Shown: positions 50,559-63,831 of the stretch, piece after piece
How positions within the stretch are numbered: position 1 is the stretch's first letter
How the letters are laid out: each line of letters begins with the position of its first letter
Assembly (NCBI RefSeq): GCF_006345805.1
Contig: NC_043014.1
Span: 27,404,001 to 27,468,000 of the forward strand
DNA length: 64,000 nt
Reading direction: 5' to 3'
DNA from: Octopus sinensis
Lineage: Eukaryota
Program-made: the position numbers and the translations under genes
Notes under the pieces: model-generated
Database searches by the model: none
The model's input: the letters and a program-made list of their open reading frames with translations, nothing else
What the model was told of the DNA's origin: nothing

Positions 50559-53500
50559 TGGACCGACTTGTTCGTGAATGTTGTTTGTGGCGTTCGAAAA
50601 GTTTGGCGTAAGTTGTAATATTCGTGTTTAATTGTTGAATTTGCACTGTTGAATTACTACGTTGTTGAACTTTTGTTGAGTGTTTTATAAACACCTATTT
50701 TTCTGCTTGTGGCAGTCCTTTGTCAACGTTTACCCCTTGTGTGAAGGGAGAAAATATTGTTATATTTTTCAAAAAAAAATGGAAAAATCACCTATCAAAG
50801 CCAGGACCAGTAGTGAACCTGGTACAAGTGAATGGAAAGGTATCAGAAGCAGAGAAGGCAGCACAGTTTTAAATAGCATGCCGACAGAAGAGTTTATTCA
50901 AGAAAGAAAAGCTAGCAATTTTACAACAGCGACCGGTGTTTCAAAAAAGACAACAAAATGTGGAAGCGATGAACTCGGAAAATCCAAAGGTATTATGAAA
51001 AGGGAGGGGAGCGAAACAGTGATTACTCCTCCCACGCATAAGGCACTGCGGCACACCGTGATATACAAATCATTTGTGACCAAAGCAAAAAATAAACTGG
51101 ATAATGCAAGTAAAGAGACGGTGGAACTGTGCCTCTGTTCAGTTTGGAACTACGTAGCATACGTCACAAGAGGAGTGAAATATACCACAATAGAAGTCCG
51201 TTTCAAAACCGAGGAAAAGGCAAAACAAGCGTCGACTACACCGTTAAAAACGGTGGAAGTGGTGCTCCTACCTGCTTATCTTGGAAAAGAGACTTCCAAG
51301 ATTAAGGTAGGAGACATCATCCTATCCGAAATAGCCCCCGCTTGGCTGGTGACAGCCATAATAAACGGCTTGGAGGATAAGATCATAATTCTTCAAGCTT
51401 CAGCGCTGGAAATGCAGAATTGGCAGCGGCAAGGCCACTTATACAAGTGGGGAAGACTAAGCTGCAACTCACGGTGGAGGGGAGGAAGCCTCGTTGCTAC
51501 AAGTGTGGTCAAAAAGGCCACATTAGGGCCGAGTGCCAACCTTCCCCCGAAAAACAAACAGAAGCTGCAGGTGAAACCCATGAAGAAACTTCTGAAAATG
51601 AAACAGCGGAAGAGGAGATGGGGGGAAGCCCAAGAAGAAAAGTGAGAGATTTTCTCCAGGTAAAAAAGAAGACCCTCCCCCTCCAACCCCACTAGCCCTA
51701 CAACAAAACAAAAAACAACAAACAGAACACACAACTACAAAAAAATCCCCTTCCCAAAATGTTCTCCACCCATCTAGACATGGATTATACTGCGGTAGTG
51801 ACGACTAGCAAGTCACTACTGCAGCAATTAAAAGACAAGCTCAATGCGGCCAACATAACCAAAGACTACAAGGGGAAAAGCATCCCCCAAAACATTGCAA
51901 TTTATAAGATAGACAGAGCTTGTTGGCAAATCGAATTAAAAATGAAATAGGCCCTCTGGGGAAAAACTAATGTTTGAGGGTCTAGTCAACGACACCTCGC
52001 AAGACCTGGACGATAAACAAAAGGAATGAAATGGACGTGCCACCCTATCTCAAACTGTAAGTATAACCATTGTGGATATTCTTAATGTAGGGTGTTTGAA
52101 TGTACGAGGCCTGGAGCCAGAATGGAAACAAGGTCGTTTCCTTAATGACCTCAGGTCGCATAGAATGGACATTATAGTTGCCACAGAGTCCAGATTGAGT
52201 AGTCAAAGAGACATTCCCCCTCCTAAATAGCTACGACAAAATTATTTCTCCATGCCTACCTGGAGGAGGGAGAGGCGTCGCTGTGCTGCTCAGGGAAAAC
52301 CTGGATTTAGAGACAAGAACTATCTTCATCGACCCGGAAGGCAGTTTGGTCATTCTTGGCGTGACACTAAGCAGCGGTAAGGTATTCAGGCTTGTAGCTG
52401 TCTGCGCTCCCTCGGGAACTGGACAATCTGATATCTTTCGAGGTCTGGAGAAGTTTCTTGGGACATCTCACACTATAGTAATGTTAGGTGACTTTAACTA
52501 ATCTGCGATGCACGCGTAGATTCGTTAGCTCGTCTACTGACAGGAGGGGGAACCCGTGCTTCAATAAGTTGCTCAGTCGATTTCAGCTGGCAGATAGGTA
52601 CAGATTAGATGTCCCAGACGCTCCATTGTGGACTTGGATTTATAGTGATGGTCATCTACATATTTAAACAGGATTCTAATTAGGGAAATAGACAAAAACC
52701 TAGTTAGTCGTCCACAATTTCACTATGTCAGCTACAGTGATCACAAATTTGTGACTTGTACGCTGGACTTAGATAAGTCATGGCACTATAAGGTTTTTGA
52801 TGAATAATCAAGGGAACTTGGTAAACGAACCCGAGGAGCTATGTAAGGTCTTTCAGGTGTTAGCAAAAAGGTTGGCTTGTGTCGTGGGTGGAATCGTCGG
52901 AGAGGCACACATTTATGCGGTTAAAATGCTAAGGGTTTGGTTTGGTCTAGATCTCCAGATAGAGAAGAATTGGAACGAGGTGACGAGCAGGGTGACCCAC
53001 CTAACTCAGACCTGGTCTGAGCGGCGGCTATTCCTGAAAGGAAGGGCGGAGGTCGGAGGAGTGTTTATCACTTCTGTGATTACCTACCGCCTAACCGTCG
53101 TGCTTTGCCTCCGTTCGTTGCTGATCAATTTGGAGCGGCTGCTCTTCCGTTTTTTGTGGAGGGGTAGAAGTCCTTTTGTAAAGCGCTCTGTCTGCCTTGA
53201 CTGTTGATGCGCAGACATGCTCTGAGGCTGAGGCATCTGTGGCTCTACCTAGATGATGAACAGGTGTGGTCTCCGTTCGTTCGGTCGTTACTTCCTGAGT
53301 TTACTAGTTTGAGTGAACTAGGACCTTGAATCAAGTGAAGACCAAAGTTGGGTGCTTGGCAAGCGGAGTGTCGTGAAGCACTCAAGCTTCTCTGTAACAC
53401 GAGCAACGCCAACGGCGAGGGTTCCACCTCGACTTTCCATAGAGGGTTGGTAGAGGCTCAGTGTAACTTCCAAGGATCCCTGGCTTGGTAGTGTTACCGA

Positions 53501-54197
53501 GGAGTCTTACCAGTTCACAATAAATTCGCAGGGCATGGTGCCCGTTGCGCACCCACGTGGCCAAGATGCGAGCAGGACAGGGAAACCGTTCTGCACGCGA
53601 TTGTGCAATGCCCCAAAATTTCCGAAATGTGGTTCTACATTGAACACCTGCTATCACGACTGGGAAGAGTACAACTGTTTTCTGAGTCGATTATAAAGAT
53701 TGTTCCTCCTTCCTCTTTTAACAAAGAAGGCAAGGCTTGTTTTCTTGCTGTGGTCGCTTGTAGCGAAAGAAGGGGTTTGAAAGACCTGTGTGAAATGTAT
53801 CATGACAGACATCTTCATTTCCAACCTTGAACTGGTTAATTTCCTCATTTACCACCTTCAGAGGAAAATAAGGGTGGAGAGAAAATACCTGTCATCTGAT
53901 GTATATGGGAAAAGAGGGAAGGCTGTAACGTGTTTGTTGAGAATGAATGAACCCGCATAGTATACCCATGAGGTTATACAAAAGATTACAGTGGTGGAAC
54001 GGGGCTTGCGGGGTCGAAGCGAAACCCCTCCTCCACTTAATAGTATGTGTTATTGTTTGTCATCATCCGATTTATATAAATTCTTAACTTGAATTTCTAA
54101 CTATTCATCTTTTGTAAAATCATTCGTTTATCGACCCCTCCCTCATTTGTATCGTCACCACTATGTTTGGCCCCCTTGTGAGCAATAAAGAAGTAGC
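50559..54197 (+). mobile_element. Tx1/L1-like LINE C: ORF1 plus multiply deleted ORF2
   Basis: ORF1 from ATG 50779 (RGVKYTTIEVRFKTEE...LLPAYLGK; CYKCGQKGHIRAEC); APE start ILNVGCLNVRGL at about 52075 and GDFN; RT largely deleted; C-terminal CARCEQDRETVLHAIVQC; AATAAA at 54184. Confidence 0.88.
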
Positions 54198-54210
54198 TGT
54201 TTCGATCATC

Positions 54211-55215
54211 TGAAATGAAACTGTCAAAGCGCGATATTTGAGCAATTTTGCTATTCAACTTCAAAAAAGGACGTAAAGCAGCTGAAACTGCTCGCGATAT
54301 CAACGAAAAGTTTGGTGAGGAAATGACCAGTGAGTGGTCAACTCGAAAAATGGCTTAAACGATTTCGCAGTGGAGACCTGAGCCTTGAAGATCGGGAGCA
54401 TAGTGGACGCCCATTTATCATTGAATACAGTCAATTGAAGGCCGTAATTGAGAAAGATCCACGTAAAACCACTCGAGAACTAGCAAAAAGAACTTCAAGT
54501 TAGCCAGAAAACTGCCTGTAATCAGTTGCATACGATCGGAAAATAAAAGAAGCTCGGCAAATGAGTACCACATGATTTGAATGAAAATCAGAAAATGCGC
54601 AGATATGAAATTTGCTCGTCGTTTCTTCTCCGTAACCAGACCGATCCATTTCTCGATCATATTGTAACTTGCAATGAAAAGTGGATTCTTCACAGTGAGT
54701 GGAACAAGATGAGACACCGAAAACCCTCCCTAAACCTGAGCCCTTCATAAAAAAAAAGGTAATGGTGACTGTTTGGTGGTGTACTGCAAGACTCATCCAC
54801 TATAACCTCTTAAAACCTGAAAAAAAAATCATTACTGTAGAAACATTGCCATGAAATTGCCAAAATGAATGAAAAATTGCTACTTGTCTGTCCCAGACTG
54901 GTCAACAGAAGAGGGCCAATCATTCTTCATGACAATGCTCGACTACACGTTTCACTAATGATGCTCCAGAAGTTGAGGGAACTTGGCTACGAAGTTCTTC
55001 CCCGCCCAGCTTACTCCCCAGACCTTTCTCCTGCCGATTACCACTTTTTCAAGCACCTTGATGGTTTCCTGCGAGAAAAGGAGTTCAAAATTCAAACCAA
55101 TGCTGAAAAGAGTTCATCAGCTCCAGAACTCCAGATTTTTATGCTACCGGAATAAACAAACTTGTAACAACAAAAATGTGTTGATTCTAATGATACTTAC
55201 TTTGATGTATAAAAC
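54211..55215 (+). mobile_element. Mariner (Hsmar1/SETMAR-like) transposase pseudogene
   Basis: ATG 54215 MKLSKRDI*AILLFNFKKGRKAAETARDIN; IVTCNEKW, LHDNARLH, YSPDLSPADYHFF; 3' TIR not found. Confidence 0.93.
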
Positions 55216-55234
55216 TTCCGCATTGAGATGCGCC

Positions 55235-55672
55235 GACGTAATGGTTTCCCTTCATGACAGAATTAATAATCAAGACTATTTAAGCATTTTATCTGATCAA
55301 ATTCATCCTAAGGTTACGGAACTGTTTCCGGAGGGAAACGCAATCTTTCCGGATGATAATGTACCAATTCCCACAGCTAAAGTTGTTACTGAATGGCACG
55401 AAGAACATTCTAGTGAAATTGAACATTTTATCTAGCCACGACAGTCCCCAGAGCTCAATATTATTGAACATTTATGATGCATTTTAGAAAAACAAGTAAG
55501 GAGTCGATATCCTCCACCATCATCATTAAAAGAACTAGCGACTGTTTTAGCTGAAAAATGGACAAAAATTCCTTTGGAAACAATTCAAACTCAGGCTGTA
55601 ACTACTGCCAAAGGCGGTCATAAATTTGTCGGAAATTTTCAGGTGTTTCCATTATTTTGTCCAGCTCCTGTA
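55235..55672 (+). mobile_element. Tc1-like transposase 3' fragment
   Basis: DQIHPKVTELFPEGNAIFPDDNVPIPT...SPELNIIEHL; ends in TIR-like CCATTATTTTGTCCAGCTCCTG|TA. Confidence 0.85.
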
Positions 55673-55681
55673 TATATATAC

Positions 55682-55725
<44 letters not shown>

Positions 55726-55729
55726 TCTT

Positions 55730-56220
<491 letters not shown>

Positions 56221-56236
56221 CCTATTTATATATATA

Positions 56237-56610
56237 CTAGCAGTATCGCCCGGCGTTGCTCGGGTTTGTAAGGGAAATAACTATAAAGCATTTTTAGAGA
56301 GTTATAGCCAAAAAATAGCAAAAAAATGGGAAAAAAAATTATGGCAAATTTTTTTTGATAGTTAAAAAGGTCGAGTTGCGTCCCCTAGACCATCTGTGGT
56401 TTGTGTTTCTGATTGTCGACCCCATGTCGAATTTATCGATCTTTTTCAGAACTGGGGGAACTTTTCAAAATTTTCGCTGCGTTTGCGTTTTGGATTATGA
56501 CTGGGCTATGTGTGTGTCAAGTTTCATCAGAATCGGTTGAAAGCCGTGGTCAGAGTGAGGGTACAACCAAACAGACACACAGAAACACACACAGATAAAC
56601 TGCCGTTCAT
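56237..56610 (-). mobile_element. Non-autonomous Helitron
   Basis: CTAG|T plus hairpin at 56237; last about 70 bp near-identical to 32612-32680; different body. Confidence 0.8.
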
Positions 56611-56611
56611 A

Positions 56612-56700
<89 letters not shown>

Positions 56701-56960
56701 CCTTTACTTTTTTATTCTTTTTACTTATTTCAGTCATTTGACTGCGGCCATACTAGACCACCACCTTGAAGGTTTTAAGTCGTGCAAATCGACCCTAAGA
56801 CTTATGTTTAAATCCTAGTGCTTATTCTATCGGTCTCTTTTGCTGAACCGCTATATTACGGGGGTGTAAACACACCAACACCGGTTGTCAAACGATGATG
56901 CGGGGGGACAAATAGAGACACACAGATACCCATAGATATATATACATATACCAAATAACC

Positions 56961-56997
<37 letters not shown>

Positions 56998-57000
<3 letters not shown>

Positions 57001-57381
57001 TACCCGTCAGAAATTAATTAGCACCCTTTGATTTGCTCTTCACTCAAGGTATGTGCTGTCACCTAGTGGCCATATCTCGAACTATTGCTTTGTTGCGAGT
57101 TCACTGTTGCGCAGAAAGATGACGTAACTTGTTTGCAGAGCAGAGCAGTTTGAGAGTCTACAGCCTTATGATGTTGGCATAGCAGTGCAACAACAACTTG
57201 GGGCGGATGCAGACAAATCTTCCTTTGTTTAATAGATATAGGTAGCGCCTCGCAAGGACCGAAATCACACCATACTAAGTTTTCTCATCGCGTAAGACGT
57301 TTTGAACAGCTCATAGGTTAATTGATTTAACCTATTTAATGTAGAAATTTGAGAAGTGCTAATTAATTTCTGACGCAAGTG
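56998..57381. mobile_element. Tc1-type MITE
   Basis: TIRs CACTACCCGTCAGAAATTAATTAGCAC / GTGCTAATTAATTTCTGACGCAAGTG with TA flanks. Confidence 0.85.
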
Positions 57382-57799
57382 TATATATTAAGAAAAGGGG
57401 AGATAGTCAAGATTTGCATTAAAAATATTTAGCTAGGCGCAGGAGTGGCTGTGTGGTAAGTAGCTCGCTTACCAAGTAGCTTGCATACTTCCCATGAGTC
57501 TTTGAGACTTCCCAAGAGTCTTTGTTGTTAGTGTGCGCATGTGTCAGTGTGTCGTGCACTGAAGAAGATAGCCGGCAGTGTTTAGCCTGCCAAAAGAAGC
57601 TACTGCAAGGTAAGACTTTTCTCTTGGACCCAGTGAGGGTCGTTGTCTGTGCTTATATGTTTTACAAGCAGGGAATCCTCACTGGACTCAGGATGTTGGT
57701 CTACTTGCGATTCAGCAACATGGTCCATAGTAAATGAAAATTTTCTCTCATTGTCTGGTGGGCGTTTCTTTCAAACCCAAAATTGTTCATTTTTTAACA

Positions 57800-59150
57800 G
57801 TGTATGTTTTTACAACATTTACCATTATTGGAAAACTGTATTCCAAGTGAAAATTTGTTCTCATTGTGAGAAATATAGTTTAGTGACTATCCTGCCACCA
57901 AAAGTCGTTCGCAGTTTGTAAATAGTGTGTATTTTACAACTACGTTGAAAAGCTGTATTCAAGTGGTGCAGTCCAAGTTCTAATTGGAGTACCATAAGGG
58001 CTTGGAGTACATGAATGCCCAGAAGATTTTTTTGCTGTGTTTTTTTTAACTATTGTTTTCTTCTTCTATTGTGACTTTTTTATTGAACTGTTTTTTTCTT
58101 TCTTCTTCCCTTTTGTTTTCTTTTGAATTCTCTCCTTTTTTATGAACTATTGTTTTGGACATGACAAAAAAAGATAAGATTGTAGAGTGGAAGATTGTCC
58201 CACCTAAGGAGTGGCTCAGACAGCAAGAGGAGAGAACGGTGGTGATGAGAACGTATTCGAAGGTTCCCGACACCATTACCGTCTTCTCCAAGCAGATGAT
58301 TGAGCAGGAGTTGGCAGAATATCTGCCAACCATTAAGTATATCTCTAGGGGAGTCAAACATGCAACGGTGTGGTTGCTGTTTGACACCCCAGAGGAGGCT
58401 CGCAGTTTTGCGTGCCAGCCCGTTGAGGGTAAAGAAATTTTGTTTCCTCCCACTTATTGTGGGAAAAATTGACGAGAGCCTGGGTCTGTGGTTTGCCACC
58501 CGGAATTGAACCCCAGTGGATAGAGGATACACTCAGTCGGGGTCTGGGTGGCAGTGGAGCCAGGCTCCTCAATGTGAAAATTCTTCCTGTGGCTGATCGG
58601 GTTGGGTCAAAAGCTTTTTTGACCCTGTGGACCCAATCAGCCATGAATCTGGTTGTGCCAGATTTTTTGAAAATGGCCAGGTTCAGGTACCCGCTGATTC
58701 TTGAGGGTCTCCTCCCCCCACCACTACTACCAAGTGTCATCGGTGCCTGGAGCCTGGCCATATAAGGAAGAACTGTTCTCGGGAGCAAGGCGGAGTCCTG
58801 GAGCAGTCAATTGAGACCTCTGTAAAAGAGGGAACGAATGCGGCTGAAGAGACAGAGGACTCCTCAGGAAAGGGCCGCAAGAGGAAGAAGGTGAGCAACA
58901 ATGGGTGTTCACCAAAAGATCCTGGGAATGAAGAAAGGGAGGTGAATCTTCCGGTCACGGAGGAAATGCACCCTCCCTCAGTTGAGAGGGAAAAGGAGGA
59001 GAAACTGGACATTGCCGGCAGTCGGTGACATAGCACCGGAATGTCCCGGAACCTTGCCGATAGGGGTTGTGCCACCGACAGGGGAAGAGACACCGTTTGG
59101 GGGACTGTGTTGCCAACGGTTAAATTGACTACCTCGAACCCGGAGGAAGA
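57800..59150 (+). mobile_element. Tx1/L1-like ORF1 fragment D, cut by assembly gap
   Basis: 58155-58472 RGVKHATVWLLFDTPEEA...LFPPTYCGK; zinc knuckle CHRCLEPGHIRKNC at about 58735-58780. Confidence 0.8.
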
Positions 59151-59250
59151 NNNNNNNNNNNNNNNNNNNNNNNNNNNNNNNNNNNNNNNNNNNNNNNNNN
59201 NNNNNNNNNNNNNNNNNNNNNNNNNNNNNNNNNNNNNNNNNNNNNNNNNN
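59151..59250. other. Assembly gap (100 N)
   Basis: Run of N. Confidence 1.
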
Positions 59251-59559
59251 TTTAAACCCACAGTCAAGGGAGTAACTGTGCCTACAGAGGCCACCCTTAA
59301 ACTGGAAGCAGTCGATTAAGAGTAAGGTAGGTGGAGTACATGTGCACTAAGAGGGCACAGAAAAAAGGAACATGGTAAAACAGTTGTTGAAAAAATACAA
59401 TGCATGTATGCATAAGGAAAAACATTCAGCAAAGAAAGGTGTCCAGTCAAATAGAACAAAGTATATATATACAATGATACAGAAAGAGAGAAAATATGAA
59501 TGCAGTGTCTATAACAACATAAGTCTATTCTCCGGAACAGTCACTGGCAAATCAAAGTT

Positions 59560-61930
59560 AAGAAATGTAAATAGACTGAGACAATTTCTTCAGCCAGTGA
59601 ACCAATCCACCAGAACATGTCCTGTGAGGTGAAGAATGTGTTTGTGTAGTTGTTTTTTTAGTGAGTGGAGGGGGTGCTTGTGGGGTGCTTGTGGGGGTGG
59701 GGTGGCAGTATTTGTGAAATGATGGGTGTGTCAGCAAGTGGCATAAATGTTTTGGAAAAGATTTTTTTGACTTTGTCAATAGAGACAGTCTCCTTTTTTC
59801 TGTGAATATCCACAGTGAACAGTTTTGGTGTGCTTCTAAGAACTCAATAGAGTCCTGTGTAGGGAGGTGTGAGCGGTCCCTTGACGGCATCATTTCTTAC
59901 AAATACGTGAGTCCAAGTAGAAATATCTGGAGGTACTGTACAAGAAATAGACTGGTCGCAAGGAAGCATCGGTAGTAGGTCAGCAAAGAATGACCTGAGT
60001 CGCATGATGTAAGATGTGAGCTTTGCATTCAGTAAGTCAATGGGCACCAACATTTGTCAAAGAAGTGCTAAGGTGGTGCCATATAGGAGCTCAGCGGAGG
60101 AGTAGCCTAAATCCTCATTGACAGCTGAGCGGCACCCCATCAAATCAATGAGGAGAAACTCGGATCAACAATGAGGATCAGAAGCCACACGAATAGCGGC
60201 TTTAGCTGGCAGGGGAATCATTCCACCATTCTGTTTGCAGCAGGATGGTAACTTGTGGTGTGGATGCGCTGAATTCTGAGCAATCTCGAAAGCTCATGGA
60301 ACAGACAAGCTTCAAATTGGCATCCATGATCTGTAGTAATTCTAGAGGGTACTCTAAAGTGAGATATCCACCTGGAGATGACTGCTCTGGCAACTGTTTC
60401 TACAGAAATGTCCACAAGAGGGATGGCTTCAGGTTATCTGGAGAAATGATCAATGCAGGTCAATATATGAGTAAATCCACAACTGACCAGCCAAGGACCA
60501 ATCAGGTTGATATGTATGTGATGGAACCTGATGTTTAGTGGCTGAAAGTGCCCAAGAAGTGCTTGCACATGACATTGCACCTTGGAATGCTGAGATGATA
60601 GACAGGCACGTGACCAAGCAGTAATAGACCGACACATATTCAGCCAGAAAAAGTGGGCCGAGATAAGCTTTACTGTAGTCGCAATGCTGAGGTGTAACAG
60701 TGAATGCAGTGCTTCAAAAACAGCATGACAATGAGGTTCAGGAGCAATTAATTAAACCAATAAAATTTCTGAGTTGTTTTAAGGAAACAGGAGGAGACAA
60801 GCATTTGATGGCTTCCACTTTAGAGGAAAGTGGATAAATACCATCAGCGTCAATGAGATGCCCCAAGAATTCCAAACTGGCAGAACCAAATACACACTTA
60901 GCCGGATTGATCTTCACATCATAGGAACGTAGGCACTTGAAGAGTTAGGTTAAGTGTTGGAGGTACTGGTCTGGAGTACCACTGATGATTAGAAAGTCAT
61001 CAACGTATGCAAAGACAAAATCTAACAAAATCTAATCAAACAACCTCATCAATGAACCTTTTGAACGTGCTGGCCACATTGCGAGGACCAAACAGCATAG
61101 ACAAGAATTCAGACACTCTAAATGGTATGGTGACAGCTGTCTTTGGAATGTCGATTTTAGAAAAAAATCTTACAGCCATGCAGGGCAGATGAAAAATCCT
61201 GCACATTGGGTAGGGGATTGGAATCCATGATAGTAACAGTGTTAAGACGTCTAAAATCTCCAACTGGTCGAAAATCAGTGTCATTCTTCCTGGCCATGTG
61301 TAAAGGTGCTGCCCATGGGCTCGTGGAGGGACAAATAAGGCCCAGTTGGAACATGTGCTCGAATTCAGCCTGAGCAATCTGGAGTTTCTCTGCAGACAAA
61401 CAGCACAGTCAGGAAAAAATTGAAGGTCTCTTAGTCGTGATGAAATGTCTTGTGGAATGGGCTAGATTTGATGGATGAAATAACAAATCAGTCACCTCTG
61501 GAAACAAAGCGAGTAACTGGTGGTGAGAGTCGCCTGAAGCAGCCACAAAGAAAGAAGGACTCACAACAGGAACAGAAGAATCCTTTCCAGAGACAGCGAG
61601 TGAGGTAGTGTCATCAATAAGATGGCATCCTCTAACGTCCACAAGGAGAGAATAGAGATGTAAGAAGTCAGCACCAAGGATGGGATAGGGCAGGTCCGCA
61701 ATGACAAAAATCCACTCGAAATCCCTATGGAGGGATAAATCCAGGGTAAGAAAGATTTGTCCGTAGGTTTTAAAGGTGGAGTGATTCACTGCATAGAGAA
61801 ATATGTTGGAAAGACCAGAATTGGTGGAAATCTTCGAGGCCAAATACTTAAGCAGGCACCCATGTCCACCATAAAGGACTTTGAAGAAATAGCATCTTGG
61901 ATAAAAATGCACAGTAAGGTGAATCTAATG
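59560..61930 (-). mobile_element. Ty3/Gypsy LTR retrotransposon pol pseudogene (protease-RT-integrase)
   Basis: ILGADFL; SPWAAPLHMARK...FRPVGDFRRLN; LFGPRNVASTFKRFIDEV; AYVDDFLI; integrase ITTDHGCQFE...TTSYHPAANRMVE; many frameshifts. Confidence 0.93.
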
Positions 61931-62589
61931 CCAAGGAAAAAGAAACAGTAACACACACATGATGAGCTTCTTTCAGTTTCCAATTACCAAAACCACTCAC
62001 AAGACTTTGGTTAGCCAAGGGATATAGTAGAAGACACTTGCCCAAGGTGCCATGCAATGGGACTGCACTCTTTTATTCCCTCAATGGTTTCAATTAGAGT
62101 CTGTGTCTAAGCTGAGGCACTACCATATGTGTTAATGCTTGATTATTTCAGACATATTTCCAGCTATCTCACTGGAACTATGAAAAAGCGAGTTAGAAAG
62201 AACTGCCCAGCTTTCTATTTCTTGCCAGTATATGGGTTTACCTGGAATCTCAGATAAAAATTTGTTTACATTTCCATTGAATACATGCGTTTCTACTAAA
62301 AATAGATCTTTGAGGCCTTTAGGCAAAATTTTGAAAAGTTGTGAGCATTTGTACTATTACTGTATTGGTTCCTTACTTTGAATGGAGAGTATAGGATCTT
62401 TGGTACTATGCAGTGGGGTTCAGCTCAGTGATTAGTATAGCTTTCAATCAAAAAGTCAGACACTGCCTTCCAGGATCTATCATATGTATGTCTCTTCTAT
62501 TTTTTAATTATTATAAATCTTTCACTGAGTAGGAAGCCAGTTTCCAACAAAAATCCAAGGCTCCAACTTTGGGATGTAGTTAAAACAGA

Positions 62590-63760
62590 CAAGTTCACAT
62601 TTGGAACTTGAGAAAAGTCTTGCATATTTTTACTGTTCCACTCACAGATTGAACTTGTAATGTATGAATCAGTTTATCCAGATTTTCCTTTAAGCATTTA
62701 CTAACAAAGCCTAGTGCTCCAATTATCATTGGTATGAATATGAATTCATAGTCTGGATATAGAAGCTGGAGGTTGCGAAGCAGTTGTCCATAAATATCCT
62801 CTTTTTCTTTGATTTTCAAAGAGATATTTATATGTGCAGGGTAGCTAAGCTCTATGATGGTACATACCTTTGTGCCTCTGTCCCAAACAATAATATCCAG
62901 CCTGTTATGTTTACATTTGACAGAAGTTTTGATGGGAATATTCTACCAGTATTCTTTGTATTGGTGTTTATGAAAGTATTCCATAACAAAGAGATTTTCT
63001 AAGTTTATTTCAGGACAGTTTTTTTTTTTTGCAGATGACATTTTAGGACATCTGCTAATCACATGTGTAATTAGCATGTGTCAGAAACATGACATAGCCT
63101 ACACATGAAGTTGCACCTTGGGATAACAAGAGTGTCACTGTCTCTCTTGTTTATCAGGTACTTTGTGACAATCTCCTGATCCTGGATTGCAAATGCATAA
63201 CCTTCAAAGTGTGATGTGATGTAGTGCTTGTGTCTAAGAGAGGCTGCGCTTTGTGTCAGTTCTACTATCTTCTTCAAGCTTTCAGGCATCATACCCATGC
63301 ATGGTCTTTTTTTTTTTGTATGCTGAATGCTTTCCATCCAGGTCTTCTCTCAAGTAAGAGAGCCCAGCTGTTTTGAGATTGTACAGGAGATCATTCAGGA
63401 AGAAAATGTTTCTTGAGAAGTTCACTGCCAACTCGTACACTGTTACTCACTTCACTTTTCAGGACTGTATTAATATATTTATTTTTGCTACAATTGTTTA
63501 GCAGGTGTTACCATATGGCATTTGAAGGATGTCTGCACTGATCTCAGGCCTCTACCACCTTCATTTCTTCTTAAGTAGAGCCTGTCAATATGACTGTTCC
63601 TGTAAAAGTCCCCAGTTGTCAGGATTTTGCAGGTTTTGATATCTACAGAGTAGATTTTCTTTACAGTGCAACTAAGTATCCCAAATGTTGGGATCAGCAC
63701 TGGTACTGCAAATGCATTGTGGGATATTGTTTTGTAAGAGGAGAGTTCCAGCTGCCATAT
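62590..63760 (-). mobile_element. R4/Dong-like RLE non-LTR retrotransposon 3' fragment
   Basis: SHIDRLYLRRNEGGRGL; FAIQDQEIVTKY...CRLC; KEKEDIYGQL...FIPMIIGALG. Confidence 0.8.
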
Positions 63761-63787
63761 GTATGTATGTATGCATGTATGTATATG

Positions 63788-63831
<44 letters not shown>

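Noticed and set aside
57800-58160. Whether Tx1-like element D also sits at the TGTTCCGATCATC target
   Set aside because: No such motif found upstream and the 3' end is lost in the gap, so D gives no support for the targeting model (a different family or a counter-example)
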